The notes beneath the pieces were generated by a model. It saw nothing but the letters and a program-made list of their open reading frames with translations, was not told where the DNA came from and made no database searches. Made by a program: the position numbers and the translations under genes. A DNA stretch of 64,000 nucleotides from the human T2T-CHM13v2.0 reference genome, Homo sapiens: the NCBI RefSeq assembly GCF_009914755.1, contig NC_060930.1, one strand, 5' to 3'. Shown here piece by piece: positions 13,530 to 27,989 of this stretch (the first letter of the stretch is position 1; each line of letters begins with the position of its first letter).

Positions 13530-13705
13530 TGTGATGGCCTGAGTCTTAGCTTGCATTTGGCAAAACTCTGACTACTGAGTGAAGCCATTAGCGATGTTGT
13601 CAGTGAGATTGATGATGTTATGCATTTTGAAATTGTCCTTGACAAATTATATAAAATGTACAATTCTTCTCCAAAGACATATCATGAATTGTAGCAAAAT
13701 GTAAC
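13530..13705 (+). pseudogene. Fossil hAT-superfamily transposase fragment (KIAA1586/ZNF862-like)
   Basis: The frame from 13551 reads LHLAKL*LLSEAISDVVSEIDDVMHFEIVLDKLYKMYNSSPKTYHEL*, resembling the segment after CxxH in hAT transposases (H..L.LA..D...E...v.hf..fldkly..Y..SPK..rEL). Similarity judged from memory only. Confidence 0.5.
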
Positions 13706-16009
13706 ACATATTACACCATTTCTCAGGGGTGAGGATTTTATTAGCTCAATGAGGCACACCCAGATTGAGTTGAAAAAGGTCTCTGAAATAATTCTACTAT
13801 AATGTGTCATTGTAAGCAGTTCAGAGTCGACTGAGAAGAGCTGCTTGAATGAGCTGAGAGGGGGCTATTTAAACAACACCATGAACCTCTCCTATCATTA
13901 GATTCCTCCTTCCATATTAGATGGGGACCTGGTATGATGGAGGGGGTGGGTCTTGCAAAGACAGACTCCAAAGATGTGAGAAGACCATGGATAATAAACC
14001 TGAATCCAGTGTGCCAGTCAAATGTGTTGCCCTGAGCTTCTTAAACTAAATGCATTTGCCCTGTGCATAGGAAGAAACATCTGCATAGATGGACTGGGGC
14101 AAGTTCATCACCTCCAATAATTGATAATTTAAAATATTATCTTATGTTAGAACAGAGGTATTATGAGATACAATTTAAAAGTCATAAGATTTTTAAAAAG
14201 AAGAATAAGAATGTAAAGAAATCTATGTTTGCACTGGTTAGCCACCCTCCAGTTATGGGTACACATCTAGCTGCCTCTGACTTAAACATATTCATATGGA
14301 CATGCTTATTTTGGATCAGAAAGTGGGTATCTAAGGATGGAGTCAGAATGGACAGGCAGAAGTACCACTTTAGGAAGCTTGAAGCATCTCCAGAGACCAA
14401 GGCTGAAATCCACACAAGGCTGAATAGATATGCTAGATCCCTTCATCATTCCCTCCCTGCTTCTCTTCTCTTCATAGAACTAAAGCACAGAATCATTGAG
14501 TTTCAAGATTCAGAGAGTTTTTTTTATAGAACCATCAAGTCTAATCTTATTATATGAAAATTGCACAAGAGTCTTAAGAAGTGGTTTTCAAGCATCTTTT
14601 GGCATACTTTCAATGACAGGAAACACACCATTTCGTAAGACAGCTCTTTCTACCTTTCAAGAATGTGAATTATTTAGGAAATGTGAGCTTGGTATGAGTA
14701 CTCGTTTCTGAAGTCAAATTGTAAGAAGGAAAATTGGCCTTAGAAATCCACTTATCCTAACTTCTTATTCAGTGCTCTTTTCATGAATCTGTAGTAGATA
14801 TTCTTGCTTCTAAAGTGGTCTAAAGAAAACTGGGTTGGCAAAACTCTGGAAGGGAAGTCCTAACTCAAGCCAGGGGAAAAATAGCAAATGACATCACAGG
14901 AAGTTATGAAATCTAATTCAGTGGAGAAATATGCAGAGCTTTTGACCATCTCCTAAGACTGGGACAGGAAATTCTTACTCCACTTTTGGGTTGCAGGGCT
15001 TGTTTACGAAGAATATTTCCTCCTTTGTTATTCCCTTTGGACCAGCTTGCAGATTACTCAAAGATACTCCATTGCCTCGGCCTGGGGGAAATAAAAATCT
15101 ATTGTCCTATTAAATAAAATTAAAGGATGCACAAAAAAATATCATAATGATTCTAGAATTACTCTCAATTCTAGAGAGTCAACTACATGTCACTTTCAAA
15201 ATCATCCTAGGGCATTATCTCAAAGTGATAAAAACATTTCACTTTTAATTAAGCAATTGATTCTTCTCCCTTGTCAAGTGCAGAACATATGTAAAGATTT
15301 TATTGTACTCTATACATTCTTTTCACAATATCTACCACTTTAGTGTATCATCACTACTCCCATTTAATGCCCTATTAACTGAAATCTTGAAAAGGATATA
15401 GGGCATATGAAAGCCAACCTTATTTAGGGATCTATAGCTTGACATTCAGTTCCTGCTCATCAGCCCCTAAAGTGAAGTTTTATAGCGGATGTGCTCCATT
15501 TCAACAGAGTGCATGAAGTTCTCGGTCAAAACTCTTCTTACAGAGACCTAGAAGGAAAATAATCCTACTCATGCAACAGCAGAGGAAAGAAACCCTAGTG
15601 ATCTACACCTTCTTTTTAAAACCTGGCTGGACAACAAAGGATAAAGAGAAATGTGAGAACTGTCAGCAGCATTCAAAAGAATAAGCAAGGTCAAAATACA
15701 GAAAAACTGATCTGAGAAACTAGAAATAATAATCTGAGCCACAAACTGTTCAAAGTTTACGTATAATAAGTTCAATCATTAGAACACCCTTATGAGGTAG
15801 GTACTATGTTACTTTATTTTACAGATGAAGGAACTAAGGTACAGCCTCTCCTGCCCCCAGGCTTAACCTCATGGTACAGGAAACCATCTGTAGGGTCTGT
15901 AGTTTCCCCATCTCCTCCCAGCCAAACCCCCGGTCATCTTGGCTTGAGTGGTTCCAGAGGCTCCACCAGGAAACATGGTTGCCCTCCTGACTGTCTTGGC
16001 ACAGAATGT

Positions 16010-17880
16010 TGGTTGTTTTCATCCTTCAGGTAGAATTTAACCTTTTCAGCTTCAAACTGGAACCAGAGAGCTATTCAAACTAAGAAAACAAAGTTCATAT
16101 GTACAGCAGTAAAAATTAAAAATCAAATTGTTAACATAGAGTCATCTCTACAACAACAACAACAACAAAACTTCAGAATTTGGCAGTGTGCTGAAAGAAT
16201 TGGAAAATAAATTGATTATCAGCAGGAAAATAGAGCAAAAACCCAATAACAGTTGTTCAAAATATATAACAATGTAAAGTGACTTTAGCATCAGTTATAA
16301 AGTGTGACACCTACACCTGATTTTGTTGCAAAGCTCAGAGAAATGAACCTAAGCAATTAAAAATACAGTAAACAGTTTTAAGAAAGAACAGAGGTTGATT
16401 ACATGAAAAGCTTAATAAAGACAAGAAAATAGCCAAAAATTAGTTGAATACTGTATCAAGGAAAATTGACATATGGGCTTTGGGTCACTAGAAACATGGA
16501 GAACTTTCAGAGGAATGTTAAGCAAAGTTCCTGTAGACAGAATACAACAAAGTAGTCTTCCAGGAGAAATGGTAGATTTTGCAAAATTCCTTCAGTAAAC
16601 AGGAGGATGTCAAGGGTGCTGGATGATTGTGATCACCAGAACTTTGTAAAAATGAGAAACAAACATAAAAAGAAGACAAGATATATAGGGAAAGTTTTGC
16701 AACACCATCCTGGAAAAGCACAGGATAAAGTGCAACAGTATGAAAGATACATTAAAAATGTCTGACTCTAGAAGAGAGGAAAAAAAATCTATTCAAAATT
16801 GGAAAACTAAAAAACAGCAAACAGGGAGAATACTTTCAAGTTAAAGGGAAAGATGAAGGATAAGCCAGTCCTTCCTCAAAGTAAACAAGAATGTAATCAC
16901 AAGCAAAAAGAGGAGCAAAAAAACCAAATTGGTGATTGAAGCTTAGAAAAAACAGAAAAATATTTAAGTGTCAATTAAATATGCTTATATTTTAAGGAAG
17001 CTAAAAGAGGAAGAAGAGAAAGAGACAAAGTGGCAAAAAAACCATCAATGTCAATGTAAACTAAAATTACTACCTGAAAGTAATACCCAGCAGAAGTAAA
17101 AACAGGAAGAATTTTTGAGGCTTGAAAAGGAAATAAAGGAAAAGGCAAAAAAAAAAAAAAAAAAAAAAAAAAGGAAATCTGTGGCTGATGAAATCTCCAG
17201 GTTTCAAGAAAGAGACTGATATAAACTTGAATTGAAAATTATAGATGGACAGGCAAAGGAAGGTGAAAAGACAGAATAACAAAAAGACTATCACAATTAA
17301 AAGATTGAAAATCATCAATATGAGATCCCTGCAGGCTTTCTAAGTTTACCAAAGGTTGGAAAGAATTAGACCGAAAATATTAGACCAACAAGTTCTGGGT
17401 CATTTCTACATGACCCACACAGGGAGGGCTATTGCTATCTGGAGACGAGTAAAGAGAAAGATATGAGATAATGAAATTGGTATTTACGCGAGGAGAATGT
17501 TAACATATTCAATTATTCTGGCAGATATAGTGACTAATTGTGTCCTTTAAATATCACTAAACTAGTCAGATTGATTATTAATTGTGCTGTAATGTGAATT
17601 GACAGTTCCATGCTGGCATCGTCATCAGTATTTCCTGTTTACGCTGAAGAGGTATTTAATGCATGTGTTGGTTTATTACCAACATAAAAGTTACTTAAAT
17701 AAGTTTATGTACATACACTTAAATGTTCATTTAAATGCTCAGAACATTTTGAAAGTATTTTGTTTTTGTCATGGCATAGAAAAACAAATTGGGACAATCA
17801 TAGAGTGACAATTTTTAAACCAAAAATTTTACAACTTTCAGAAAGTAGAGGTAAGCTACCTTGAGAAATAAAAATGTAAA
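16010..17880 (+). pseudogene. CCDC112: Processed pseudogene of CCDC112 (heavily degraded)
   Basis: Collinear, intronless peptide matches to recalled CCDC112: WNQRAIQTKKTKFICTAVKIKNQIVN (~16058), LPGEMVDFAKFLQ*TGG (~16557), DDCDHQNFVKMRNKHK (~16622), DEISRFQERD*YKLELKI (~17187), RDPCRL..TKGW (~17322). Stop TGA 17464-17466, then a ~400-bp 3'UTR-like tail with AATAAA at ~17867. Many stops and frameshifts. Confidence 0.85.
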
Positions 17881-18023
17881 GGTTTTTTTTTTTTAGTTAC
17901 AAATCAGTATCTTTTCTAAGTTTAACAAATTGGTAGTTTTAAATTTTTGTGTAATAGGTATTTTATATCTGTTTGAAACACACAACCAAAAAAAAACAAA
18001 AGAAAAACAAAAAGAAAAGAAAC

Positions 18024-18524
18024 TGTAGGGGAGAAAAATACCTTTTCCTTCTACCCATCTTAGGTTTATTGGTTGGGCCCCTGTAACAAAAGACAGATTA
18101 ACAAGAGAAGAGCACATCTATTTATTTCATATAAGTTTTATGTAACACAGGAGCCTTCATTAGGAAATGAAGACCTGAAGAAAGCGTTCAAATGTGAAAT
18201 GGGAGTGGTTTTTACAGCAGGTTTGAAGAAGTGTGGACAGTTGTGCAGAAATACTATAAGGTGGAGTATGAGGTAAGTGTAGTAAACTGGTGGAAACTTG
18301 GCAAGGCCTGTTTGTTCAGATGCCACTGTGTTCATCTTTGAAGACAGGATGTTCCTTCCTCCCAGGTATAGGGAGGGTACCTCTCACATCAGAGTTTTAG
18401 GACCTGCTTCAGAAGGTCAGAAAATTCCTTCCAGGTCAGAGAGACCTTTCTGCCGCTCCTGCCATTTTCTTAATCATTATGCCAAGATGTCATCTTTTGG
18501 AGTACTGTGTCCTGAACTCCATCA
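18024..18524 (-). mobile_element. ERV1 solo LTR, MER31-like
   Basis: TGTAGGGGAG...cccctgtaacaaaagacagattaacaagaga...ctgaactccatCA; 4-bp TSD AAAC on both sides. Confidence 0.75.
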
Positions 18525-18842
18525 AAACTAAGGCACAGACAAGTTCCCCAAGGTTGTAAATCCACAGCAGAGCTGAGAATCAAATCCAGGCTGTCTGGCT
18601 TTAGAGTCCATCCTCTTAATCACTAGGCAGGCTGCCTCCTAATAGAAGAAAACGTTTAAAATCTAACTAATGTTCTCATGGATATTTGAGAAAGTATCAT
18701 GACCTTAAATCAAGAATAGGATACTCAAGAAAGGAATAAATAGAGATCAAGAAAGAGCTCTTGGAGCTTTAAAATGGGAATGAGCAAAATAAAACAATTG
18801 AAGTACCAGAAGACAATTTCCCAGATCTGCCAAAATAGTAGT

Positions 18843-19413
18843 TGCATGGGATTCAGTTTATGAACCACCCCAGATCCGCAGTGACTGAATCTAGCAGTGA
18901 CAGCTGCTGTTCCCATGGTGATGAAGTCAGGTCACTGCTTCTGCCGCTGCTGCTGAAAGGGGCCTGCTGTGGCAGCTGCCTTTGGTCCCTCGTGTCACCT
19001 AAGGACATGACCTGACAATATCTTGCCTCCTGCCCCTGCAGGATCTTTTGCTTTCTACCCTGGGGACTCATTGTTGCTGAGGACTCTCTTGACACCAATA
19101 ACTATGCAACCTGTAAGTGTATAGGAATTATTCCATGGTGCAATCTTTGCCCAGAAGGAGATGAGACTGGGCAAATCACACTTTCTTCTTTTTAGAAGGA
19201 CTGTGTGGAGAAGCATATCTTTAAACTTCCTTTCTGAAGCTGCCTTGTCCACTCAGCAGTCGTCAGCTTTTCACAAAGCTGTGGCCTCAGTATTTTTCTC
19301 CCTCTTTCAGTGCCTCACTCTGATTTTCTCTCATTCCTGCTTCTTGGTTATTAAACTTCCTAATAATAAATTTTTACCTCAGGTGCTGCGTACTAGGACA
19401 CCTAGCCTAAGAC
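18843..19413 (+). mobile_element. ERVL-type solo LTR (LTR33-like)
   Basis: 3' end aataaatttttacctcagg...cctagcctaagaca; the GC-richer block interrupts the HAL1-like sequence. Confidence 0.5.
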
Positions 19414-20352
19414 AACAGTCTTCAGATGAGAAGGGTCCACCAGGTATCTGGAAAATGAATGAAAAGACCATTCCCTAGACAAAGCAGCATGAAGTTTCAA
19501 AGCACCAATAAAGAAAAGATAAGAGCTTCAATATTGAAAAATAATATATTAATGGCAAAGGAACAAGAATCAGTCTGGAATCAGCAACCGTGAAGGCTAG
19601 AAGACAGGGGAGCAGGACCTTCAAAGTTTGTAATCAGCAAAACTCACAGCCAAGGGTGAAAGCAAAACAAAACAAAACAAATTCAGACATGCTGAACATC
19701 AGATCATTTGTCCCACACATATCCTTTTTTAAGAAATTACCTGAGTGTACTCCAGGAAAACAAGGGTATATCCAAGAAAAAGAAAGACAGATTCAGGAGA
19801 TAGGGATTTCAACCTGAAAGGGAACTTCCTGGATAACAGACATGCAGAAGACTAAAGACAAAGACTGTCAGATTGGCCAAGAGAATAGAGGGCTGTGGAG
19901 AAAAGGAACTTCATGGAATACTATGACATACAGTCTGAAAATATGAAGATTATCAGGGCAAATCATGCAAGAACTAGAGAAAGGTGATTAGAGGTTTCAG
20001 GCAAAAGTATATAAGAAAGTCGTTATTTAAAAATGATGAAATGATAATGATGCATAGCTTTAAATAATTGGGGAGTATAAAAGAAGGTAATCCATTTGAT
20101 CTTGATGCTTGGAATTGTCCAACAGTTGCCAAGGGGTCATAAAATTAGATAAGGAAGTGTAGTTCCAGCCCATTATTTGGCTCAACAATAAACAGTGCTT
20201 ACAATGTAATAGCAATATAAATACTGCTTATATTTAATAGCAATAGTGATGCTGTTTGTTGGTTTCTGTCTTTTAGCATGAATTTCTTTATTAAGCAAAA
20301 GAGCTTTGGTTATAGAAGAAGGGTAAAAGTAACTGCAAAGCCCAAGTTACAG

Positions 20353-20950
20353 TGTCAGGTTCGAATCAGCCTAGTTGTGCTGACTCTGATTGGGGTGGGG
20401 GTCGGGAGCTCTTCACAATGATTCAATGGCCAGTTAAATGCTTTTGGATTATGGCAAGACTTTCACACACCAACAACCATGCAAATATGTTCAACACACA
20501 CAGGCAGTCATAAGAGAGACAGGAATGAACCATGATGAGTAGCTGACTGATGAACCAGGCAGGTCCAGATTTCCCTGGACATGCAACCAACAGGGATAGG
20601 GGTGGGGCTGGGGGTGGGGTGGTTGTCTCTTTTCTGGCAGAGCTTCTCGAGGCCACTGCAGATGGGAAGAAGCCCTCAGAGTTCTTGTAGGCAGAGCTTC
20701 CGCAGATGTCTCAGCCGTAGTCAGTTTCTTTGCTGTTTTTATGACCCTCTGCCGGAGTGTGGTGGTCATTACCTCAGCCACCTCTTGGCTTCACTTTCTT
20801 GTAGGGTCTCTAGGTGCCTGGCCACAGCAGGTGCTATCTTATCACCTCAGTCCACCATACCCATGCTTATCACTTTGAGGGGCCAGCAGTTTCACAAGTG
20901 AGCTGAGTTACTTGTCATAAGTGACTCCATTTTGGACATTTAGGATCACA
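20353..20950. mobile_element. Probable solo LTR, family not determined
   Basis: TGTCAGG...GATCACA termini; GC-richer block embedded in the HAL1-like sequence. Confidence 0.4.
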
Positions 20951-23439
20951 AAATATTATGTATCACAAGTGTAGCTGATATAAGATAGGAGGTGGAAAGG
21001 CAGGGAAGATAAGACTGTTCACTGTTTGCTTTCTGCCAGTCAAGACACAGGATGAGGAGTTAAATACTTTTGAAAATTGATGGGGAAAAACCCGGAGATT
21101 TAATTTTTATTATTTAAAGTTACAAGGATAACTGACATAAAAATGATATAAATTATAAATACTAGAAGGGGAAGAGGGAAAGAAGAGGATGAGTTGTGTT
21201 TCGTGAGCTACACTCCCACCTTTCAAAGTCAGTGGACATTGTCTAAATGTGAAACATCTTGAAATGGAAGCATAAGCATACTACCTAGAGTTCTGGAGAT
21301 AACAGAATTAAGGACAGCAATGGCCAAAAGAGGGCACTTCCGGTGTGTGGGGCTATGTATGAGTAAGGAAGAGGGCACAAAATTTTTCTCATAAACTTTC
21401 TGAATATTTTGATTTTTTACTTGACCATGTTTCATTTTTATAGACATAAATACTAAATTATTTAAAAAGCTGTCAGCATATATTGATAGATGGCAAATTA
21501 AGCCACAAGGATGGACTGAAATCCTTTGAGATAGAGTACAGTGAAGAGTAAAGAGGGATACCTAGGATAGTCTCCCAAGGCGTTTCAAAACTGAAAGAAA
21601 GATGAGGCAGTAAAATCACAGAAAAGGCACAAAAAGGAAGGTTAGAGTAAAACGGGAAAGTGTGACAAGGAAACCAGAAGAGGATGTCCTCAGCTATCTC
21701 CCAAGGCTGCAGGAGGGAGGGAAAGATTAAAGACCAGAGGAGGCGAGCAGGCTGGCTCCAGACACCATCAGAGGTGTTCCCCGCAGAGGACACAGCCGCA
21801 TCTGCAGCAGGCAGAAGGAGCGGCAGTGCTGTAGTTACAGTTAGGTGTGCGGCCACCAGGAATTTAGAAGTTCCTGCCCGAAAGCTCTTCGTTTCTATTA
21901 AGGAAGAAGCCTGTGTCTGCAGAAAGAGAACAAATAAGTGGACTAGGACTTTGTTTGTTGTGTATCAGTTTTGCAGCACTCAGCAGGGCAGAGAGGCAAG
22001 GCAGGCAGAGAGCTGGATTCATCCAAGATTGGGTTTTGGCCAGGTGGGTGCAAAAGGTGAATAGGTATTTCTAGGAGCACAAGAAGGGGAAGGCAGAGGT
22101 GGGCCAATTAGCAAAAGGCTAATTTGTCAAGGCCTACTTCTGTACATAGTGAAAATAATTTCCATTATGTAATAAAGAAACTTTTTTAAAAAATGCAAAG
22201 CAGCCAAGAGGATTGCGTGGTAGAGTTCAAACAACAAGAACCACACAGATAATGTTTATATTCGAGATTTATGAACCTAAGGCAGGCTAGAGGAGAATCC
22301 CGAATGCCTCCTGCTAAAGCTGAGGCAATTGAGAGTTCCAGGATGTAGGGATGATTTCCTACCCAAACTCAGTCACAGTGGACAGTAGAGAAGCATCCTA
22401 GAGAAATTAGGCCAGACATGAAACACTTGGTGAAAGCACCTCATGTTTAGATGCCACTGAGGACTGAGAAACATGTGATTACAAACTGCTATGACATGAT
22501 TCCATGGTGATGGGAAGGGTGCATGAGCATGTGGATTATTCTGGAAAAGAGCTTGGGATCCCTGGAGTCAGCCAACTGGACAATGTGCCTCCCTAGCCTC
22601 AGCTCTGCTCGGTGGCTCAGGTTTCTCCTAGAGGCACAGTGGAACCTTGATGCCGACGCTGGCTCAGGAAGAGAGCCCAGCCAAGTGATGGCCAAATATG
22701 GTCCAAAGTCACTACCATTTTGCAATGACTCCAAGAGCTGCTTCTGACTCAGGTCCCTTAAGAAGGTCTGGCAGTCAGTAAGTAGTCTGTGGCATGAAAA
22801 GAAAGAGCTACCCATACTGGGTATATTGGGGAATACAGGGCACTTCTGAAGGAGATTGTGATGTGTAGTGGCCATACACCACCCTACTGCCAAACACCCC
22901 ATAAAATAAGACTTGACTGAAATCTATTTACTGTTAGAGACTAGGTCTGTCCTCTTCTCTTTGTTTGCTGTTGTTGCCTGCAAGCTCAGGAACAGCATTT
23001 AATGATACGCTGACACATGCTTTTTGTGCTAGAAGCTGAGAGAGGAAAAGTGGGGACTCTGAGTGACTTGGGTTGACAGAATCCCAGTGGACAGCATGTG
23101 ACAGCTTCAACTTTGCTTCTCAGCTACTAGGATAATTGCTTCGTTATGTACTCTGTCCCTGCTCTTTTGCAATCCCAACAACAAACGGTTCCTTTGTGGT
23201 TTTTTTTGTTGTTGTTGATTTGAACATTTGTTTAGGATTTGTATGTGCCACGCACTGTGCTAGATACCAGAGAGGAAAATTTTAATAAAGACAAGGGCCT
23301 TAGTCACGAAGGCTTAGGGTCTACTCACTTTTTTTCTAAACTGGTGAAGCACTTTATGTGCATCTCCCTTGAGATTTTTATCTCCCTTCACGCTGACCTA
23401 TAGTTATTTATTTACATATCATCTTTTGTCTTAGGCTTT

Positions 23440-24014
<575 letters not shown>

Positions 24015-24239
24015 GCCACTGGAAATATTGAGACTGGTTAATTGAATATGATTGTAGATTAAGTGTGAATTAATAAGGAATTAGACTACTCCAAGTGGTG
24101 ACTGGGAATACATGAGAAGGGAGGGATACACAGAGAGAGAGAGTATAAAGCAAGAATTTTCAAGATTTAGTGACAAATCTCAGGCATGGATCAACCGGAA
24201 TAGTAGTTATGATCCTAAGTGGTCAGGGGAGTGATGGTG

Positions 24240-24640
24240 TTGATAGCAGGCATGATTGGCAGTGAGTCAGATGTCCTTTACCAGATGGTGCATACATCCC
24301 CAGCTACCTTGAGAGTTAACTGATAATGGCTCATAGTTGCCCCCTTCATGGCATCCTCTAGGGAGATAGCCATCCACAATCAATAATTAAGGAACATGGA
24401 TATAAGAGGCAATCCTTCTTGTGTCAAGGTGGGATCAATTCAGTGGTACGATTTATGCTCCAGAGCCGCCCATGGGATCAGGTTGAAGCTGGACTCCAGC
24501 TGGGACTACAGCCTAATTTAGCTCCTTCCCCTGCCCTATCCTGCTTACCCTTCCTCCTTTCACCTGAGAGCCCTCTCTCAATAAATCATGCACACCAGAG
24601 TCTCAATAAATTGAGCACTTCTTGGAAATGCAGACTTAGT
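24240..24640 (+). mobile_element. LTR16 (ERVL) solo LTR
   Basis: gtcaaggtgggatcaattcagtggtacgatttatgctccagagc...gggatcaggttgaagctggactccagctg...ctcaataaatcatgcac. Confidence 0.75.
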
Positions 24641-25479
24641 GTGTATAACAGAATGAGGTGGTTTAAAACTTGGGAAATAGCTAATGTTAGGAAGAGGAGA
24701 TCTGGGAACTTCTCCCTGTAGGATTCCTTTTATAATCATGATTTTATCTCTAGCTTGACAGCACAGGGCCTGGCATACACAAAATGTGCAGCAAATTTTA
24801 TTTCATTTGTCAAACAAATTTGATTTGGAGTTCATTGAGTTTGAGGAAACAGGACATCTAGTATGAGACATGGAACATGGGCACAGGAAAGTGGTTGTGG
24901 CTGGAAATTTAGATCTTTTAAAGAGAAGGAAGCAATTGAAGAGAGAGATAGTAATTAGTGTCAAGTGCAAATAAAATCTTGATTCTTTTCAATGTAAAAG
25001 CAGCCAACATTTGTCTTTACCTCAATTAGGTACGTAACTCCAATTACTCTATATCAATGAGTTACGATCCTTTAGTAATGTTTAGGCAAAATTCCAATTA
25101 ATGAGTTTTGCTCACTGCTAGTAAGTAGGTCTAGTGGAAAAGAAGATTAACTTTAGATTGGGAAAGTATTTATGGATTTTGTTTGTCTTCTGTATTTCTA
25201 TTGCCAAAAGATTGAGTGAGCCACTTGAGAATCTCTTAAAACAAAGAAATGTGCAGAATATATAAAATAATCAAGTATTTATTGTACTTAAAAGATTTAT
25301 GTCTGTCTCTTTTCACTGAATTAATTATATTTTCTGAAAAAATAGAAATTGAAAAAAAAAGTCACAAGCATTCAGGTGTCCCAAAGATAACATTATTTAT
25401 GTTTTCAAATACAAGGCTTCCACTATCCCCAGAAAAGTGGTTTTGAATGTTTTAAACCTTAGTTGTCTAATTTCATCCC

Positions 25480-25830
25480 ATAAACTGTAATTATAGCTCT
25501 TTATAACATGCTAAATAATTCCTCCTAGTACTGGATGTTTATACCTTTCAAATATTTATAGGCTGTCATTATTCCTTACTCATCTCTTCACAAAGTTGCA
25601 CATATTTTATTCCTATAATGTTTTTTCATAAATCAATTTCCTCAATACTAAACTGCTTTTCTTATTTCTCCATTCAATTTGTCTCCATCTTTTGATATAG
25701 TGCTAATCAAAGCAAATGAGATATTTCAGGCACAATTTATCCTAAGGTTGTTTGAGAGCATTAAAACTTTCTCATTGGGGATAAAATTCCTCATTTATAT
25801 GTAGCTCAGAATAGTGCTGACTTTATTGGT
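25480..25830 (-). mobile_element. CR1/L3 LINE fragment
   Basis: cctttcaaatatttataggctgtcatt...ctccattcaatttgtctccatc...tatttcagg resembles the antisense CR1 3' ORF2. Confidence 0.45.
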
Positions 25831-27234
25831 ATTTTTGTCACTTAACTTTGAAAATTCATAACTAATTTCCCATGTAATGGTATTCAAAAATATCTATGCC
25901 ATTACTGTTTCTTCACTGATCAAGGATTATGTAGGAATTAAATGAGTTCAGAATATATTTCTGTAATTTGTTTCTTATATGCAATATTGAATCACATTTC
26001 CAGCTTCGTTATATCTATAAACAAAATTCTTATTTCCCAGTGTCCATCCAAATCAGTAATATCTGGAAACTTAAAAAATATTATTTTTACTTTAGATTGC
26101 TCAAAGAGATATTAAATTCTTGCAACTTCATTTTTAGTGTTTCAACATAATTATTTTTTCCCACAACTTTTCAGTTGGCTAGATGATGTTATTATTATGA
26201 CAATTTGTTAGGGCAATTCCCTTTGCTTATTATGCCTTGAGCATCCCACTGAAATCATTCATATATATATATATATTCATATATATAAAATACCCTAAGT
26301 ATAACAGATATTGTATAAAAATAATATAAAATGCTCAATGTTTTCTTCTTCAACCTTATTCCTCAACAACTGTATCCTGTATTTATATATTGCAAGTTTT
26401 AAAATATCTTCACATCTCTTCTTAATTTAAAAGTCTACTAGGGGTCCCTAATACCCTCAAAAATAGTAACAGGTCTGGGCTCTGACGGTCCCACTGAATC
26501 TCATTCCACTATATCTTTCTGGTCTCTACTGTTTTCACTCCACCCCATGAGCTCTCTACCCAACTACATGCACCAACTGGGAAGCCTTTTGAAGAATCCC
26601 ACAGAATTAATTGTTCCCTCCTCCCAGTTCTTGTTGCCTTAATTTGCACCTCTACGATAGCTCGTTTCCCTGAAAGATTTACTGCTCTTTGTACATATTG
26701 CTTGTCTCACACACATCATTATGTGAGCTTATTTTTCCTCTGCCCAGTGCCTCCCAAGAGTAATATTTAATAAATAACTGTTGAATAGTGGCAACTCCAG
26801 ATTTTACTTAGAATTTGGGGTGACAGTCCAGCTGGAAACTGGGAGACTGGTCCTGAAGCTCCAACTTCATGGGCAGAGCAAACACACTGCCTTTACTCAG
26901 GGTGCTTATTTGAGGGTAGTTTTTGGTGGACTGAGAGAGGTCATCAGTGGAACTGCCCTTTGGTGTAGGAAACAATCAAGTGAGGAATGAAGTAGAAGAC
27001 AGTCAAGTTTAAAATAGTGAAATGATGTGCAAAAGTCACCCCATGAAAGATGGAAATTAGAATCTCGGGCTCTTATTTTCTTCATGGTATTGTTCCCATT
27101 ATTTTTTATTTCATTTTGCTCTAGGTCTTTCTCTTGCTCTTGAATCCTATTGACATCAGACAGAGGAGAGGACATTTTTCTACTCTCATGCAATCTGAGA
27201 GACAGTGTCACCTTTTCCTATCTTGGCACCATAA

Positions 27235-27830
27235 TCAATCAATGTCCAGTCAGAAAAAAACAGAAGCCACTCTAGGTATTTCGAACAGAAGGGATTTCAT
27301 ACAAGGAACTGGTTTCAAAAGTGTTGGAAGGCCTGAAGGAGCAAAAGGCCAAAGGTGTGCAACACAGAGCCAGTGACTACAGAAAGTCGCTACCAGCCCT
27401 GGCTTGGCTGGAGGAACCCAGGGGCAGGGAAGACCTGGCGGCGGGGGTGGGGGTTGGGGGCGGCTCCCAGCAGACATGGCTGGGGGCCTGAAACCAGGTT
27501 GCCACCAATCCGATTGTCACTGTGCTGCAGCTGCCAAAAGCCGCAGAGGGCTCAGCCTGCCGGCTTTACTGCTGTTTTTCTGCTGCTGGAACTGTGGACA
27601 GTCCTGGAACCACAGAAGGCTACTATTGCTGTCAGAAGCAGCTAGAATTACAAATAAATAAACAAAATAAATATTTTCTTTTCCTTCATCTTTCCAATGT
27701 CCTGCCAGTGCTTCTTTTTAGAATAACCTATCCAAAAATCATTTGGCTGAGAAATTTGGGAAATTTAATTTTCCGTAATGAAAGGGAAGAAAGGAAACTG
27801 AAAGAAAAACTGGCAAATAAGCATCACACA
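27235..27830 (-). mobile_element. Old LTR (LTR78/LTR79-like)
   Basis: gtccagtcagaaaaaaacagaagccactctaggtatttcgaacagaagggatttcatacaaggaactgg. Confidence 0.55.
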
Positions 27831-27989
27831 CATTTATCCCACAAAATATTTGGCATAATTCTAGTCCTCTGTTTTCTTCTCTGATAACAAAATAATCATA
27901 GCAAGTTAAGTTTTCATATCAGTATACCTTAACATTTATAACTTGGTAAAAATAGTTTTAACATATTCAAACTTTCCAGGTGTTTCTTT

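Larger units (their letters stand above)
18650..21470 (+). mobile_element. HAL1-like (half-L1) element interrupted by two LTRs
   Basis: A-rich ORF1-like segments at 18650-18840 and 19414-20350 (aaggaacaagaatcag...gctagaagacag...ccttcaaag) and at 20950-21470. Confidence 0.55.

Noticed and set aside
14063-14557. 164-aa ORF
   Set aside because: GTG start, no recognisable homology or exon structure; the 3' end runs into MIR-like sequence.
21684-22064. 126-127 aa overlapping ORFs in a moderately GC-rich patch
   Set aside because: No recognisable domain or splice context; at most a regulatory element, which I cannot support from sequence alone.
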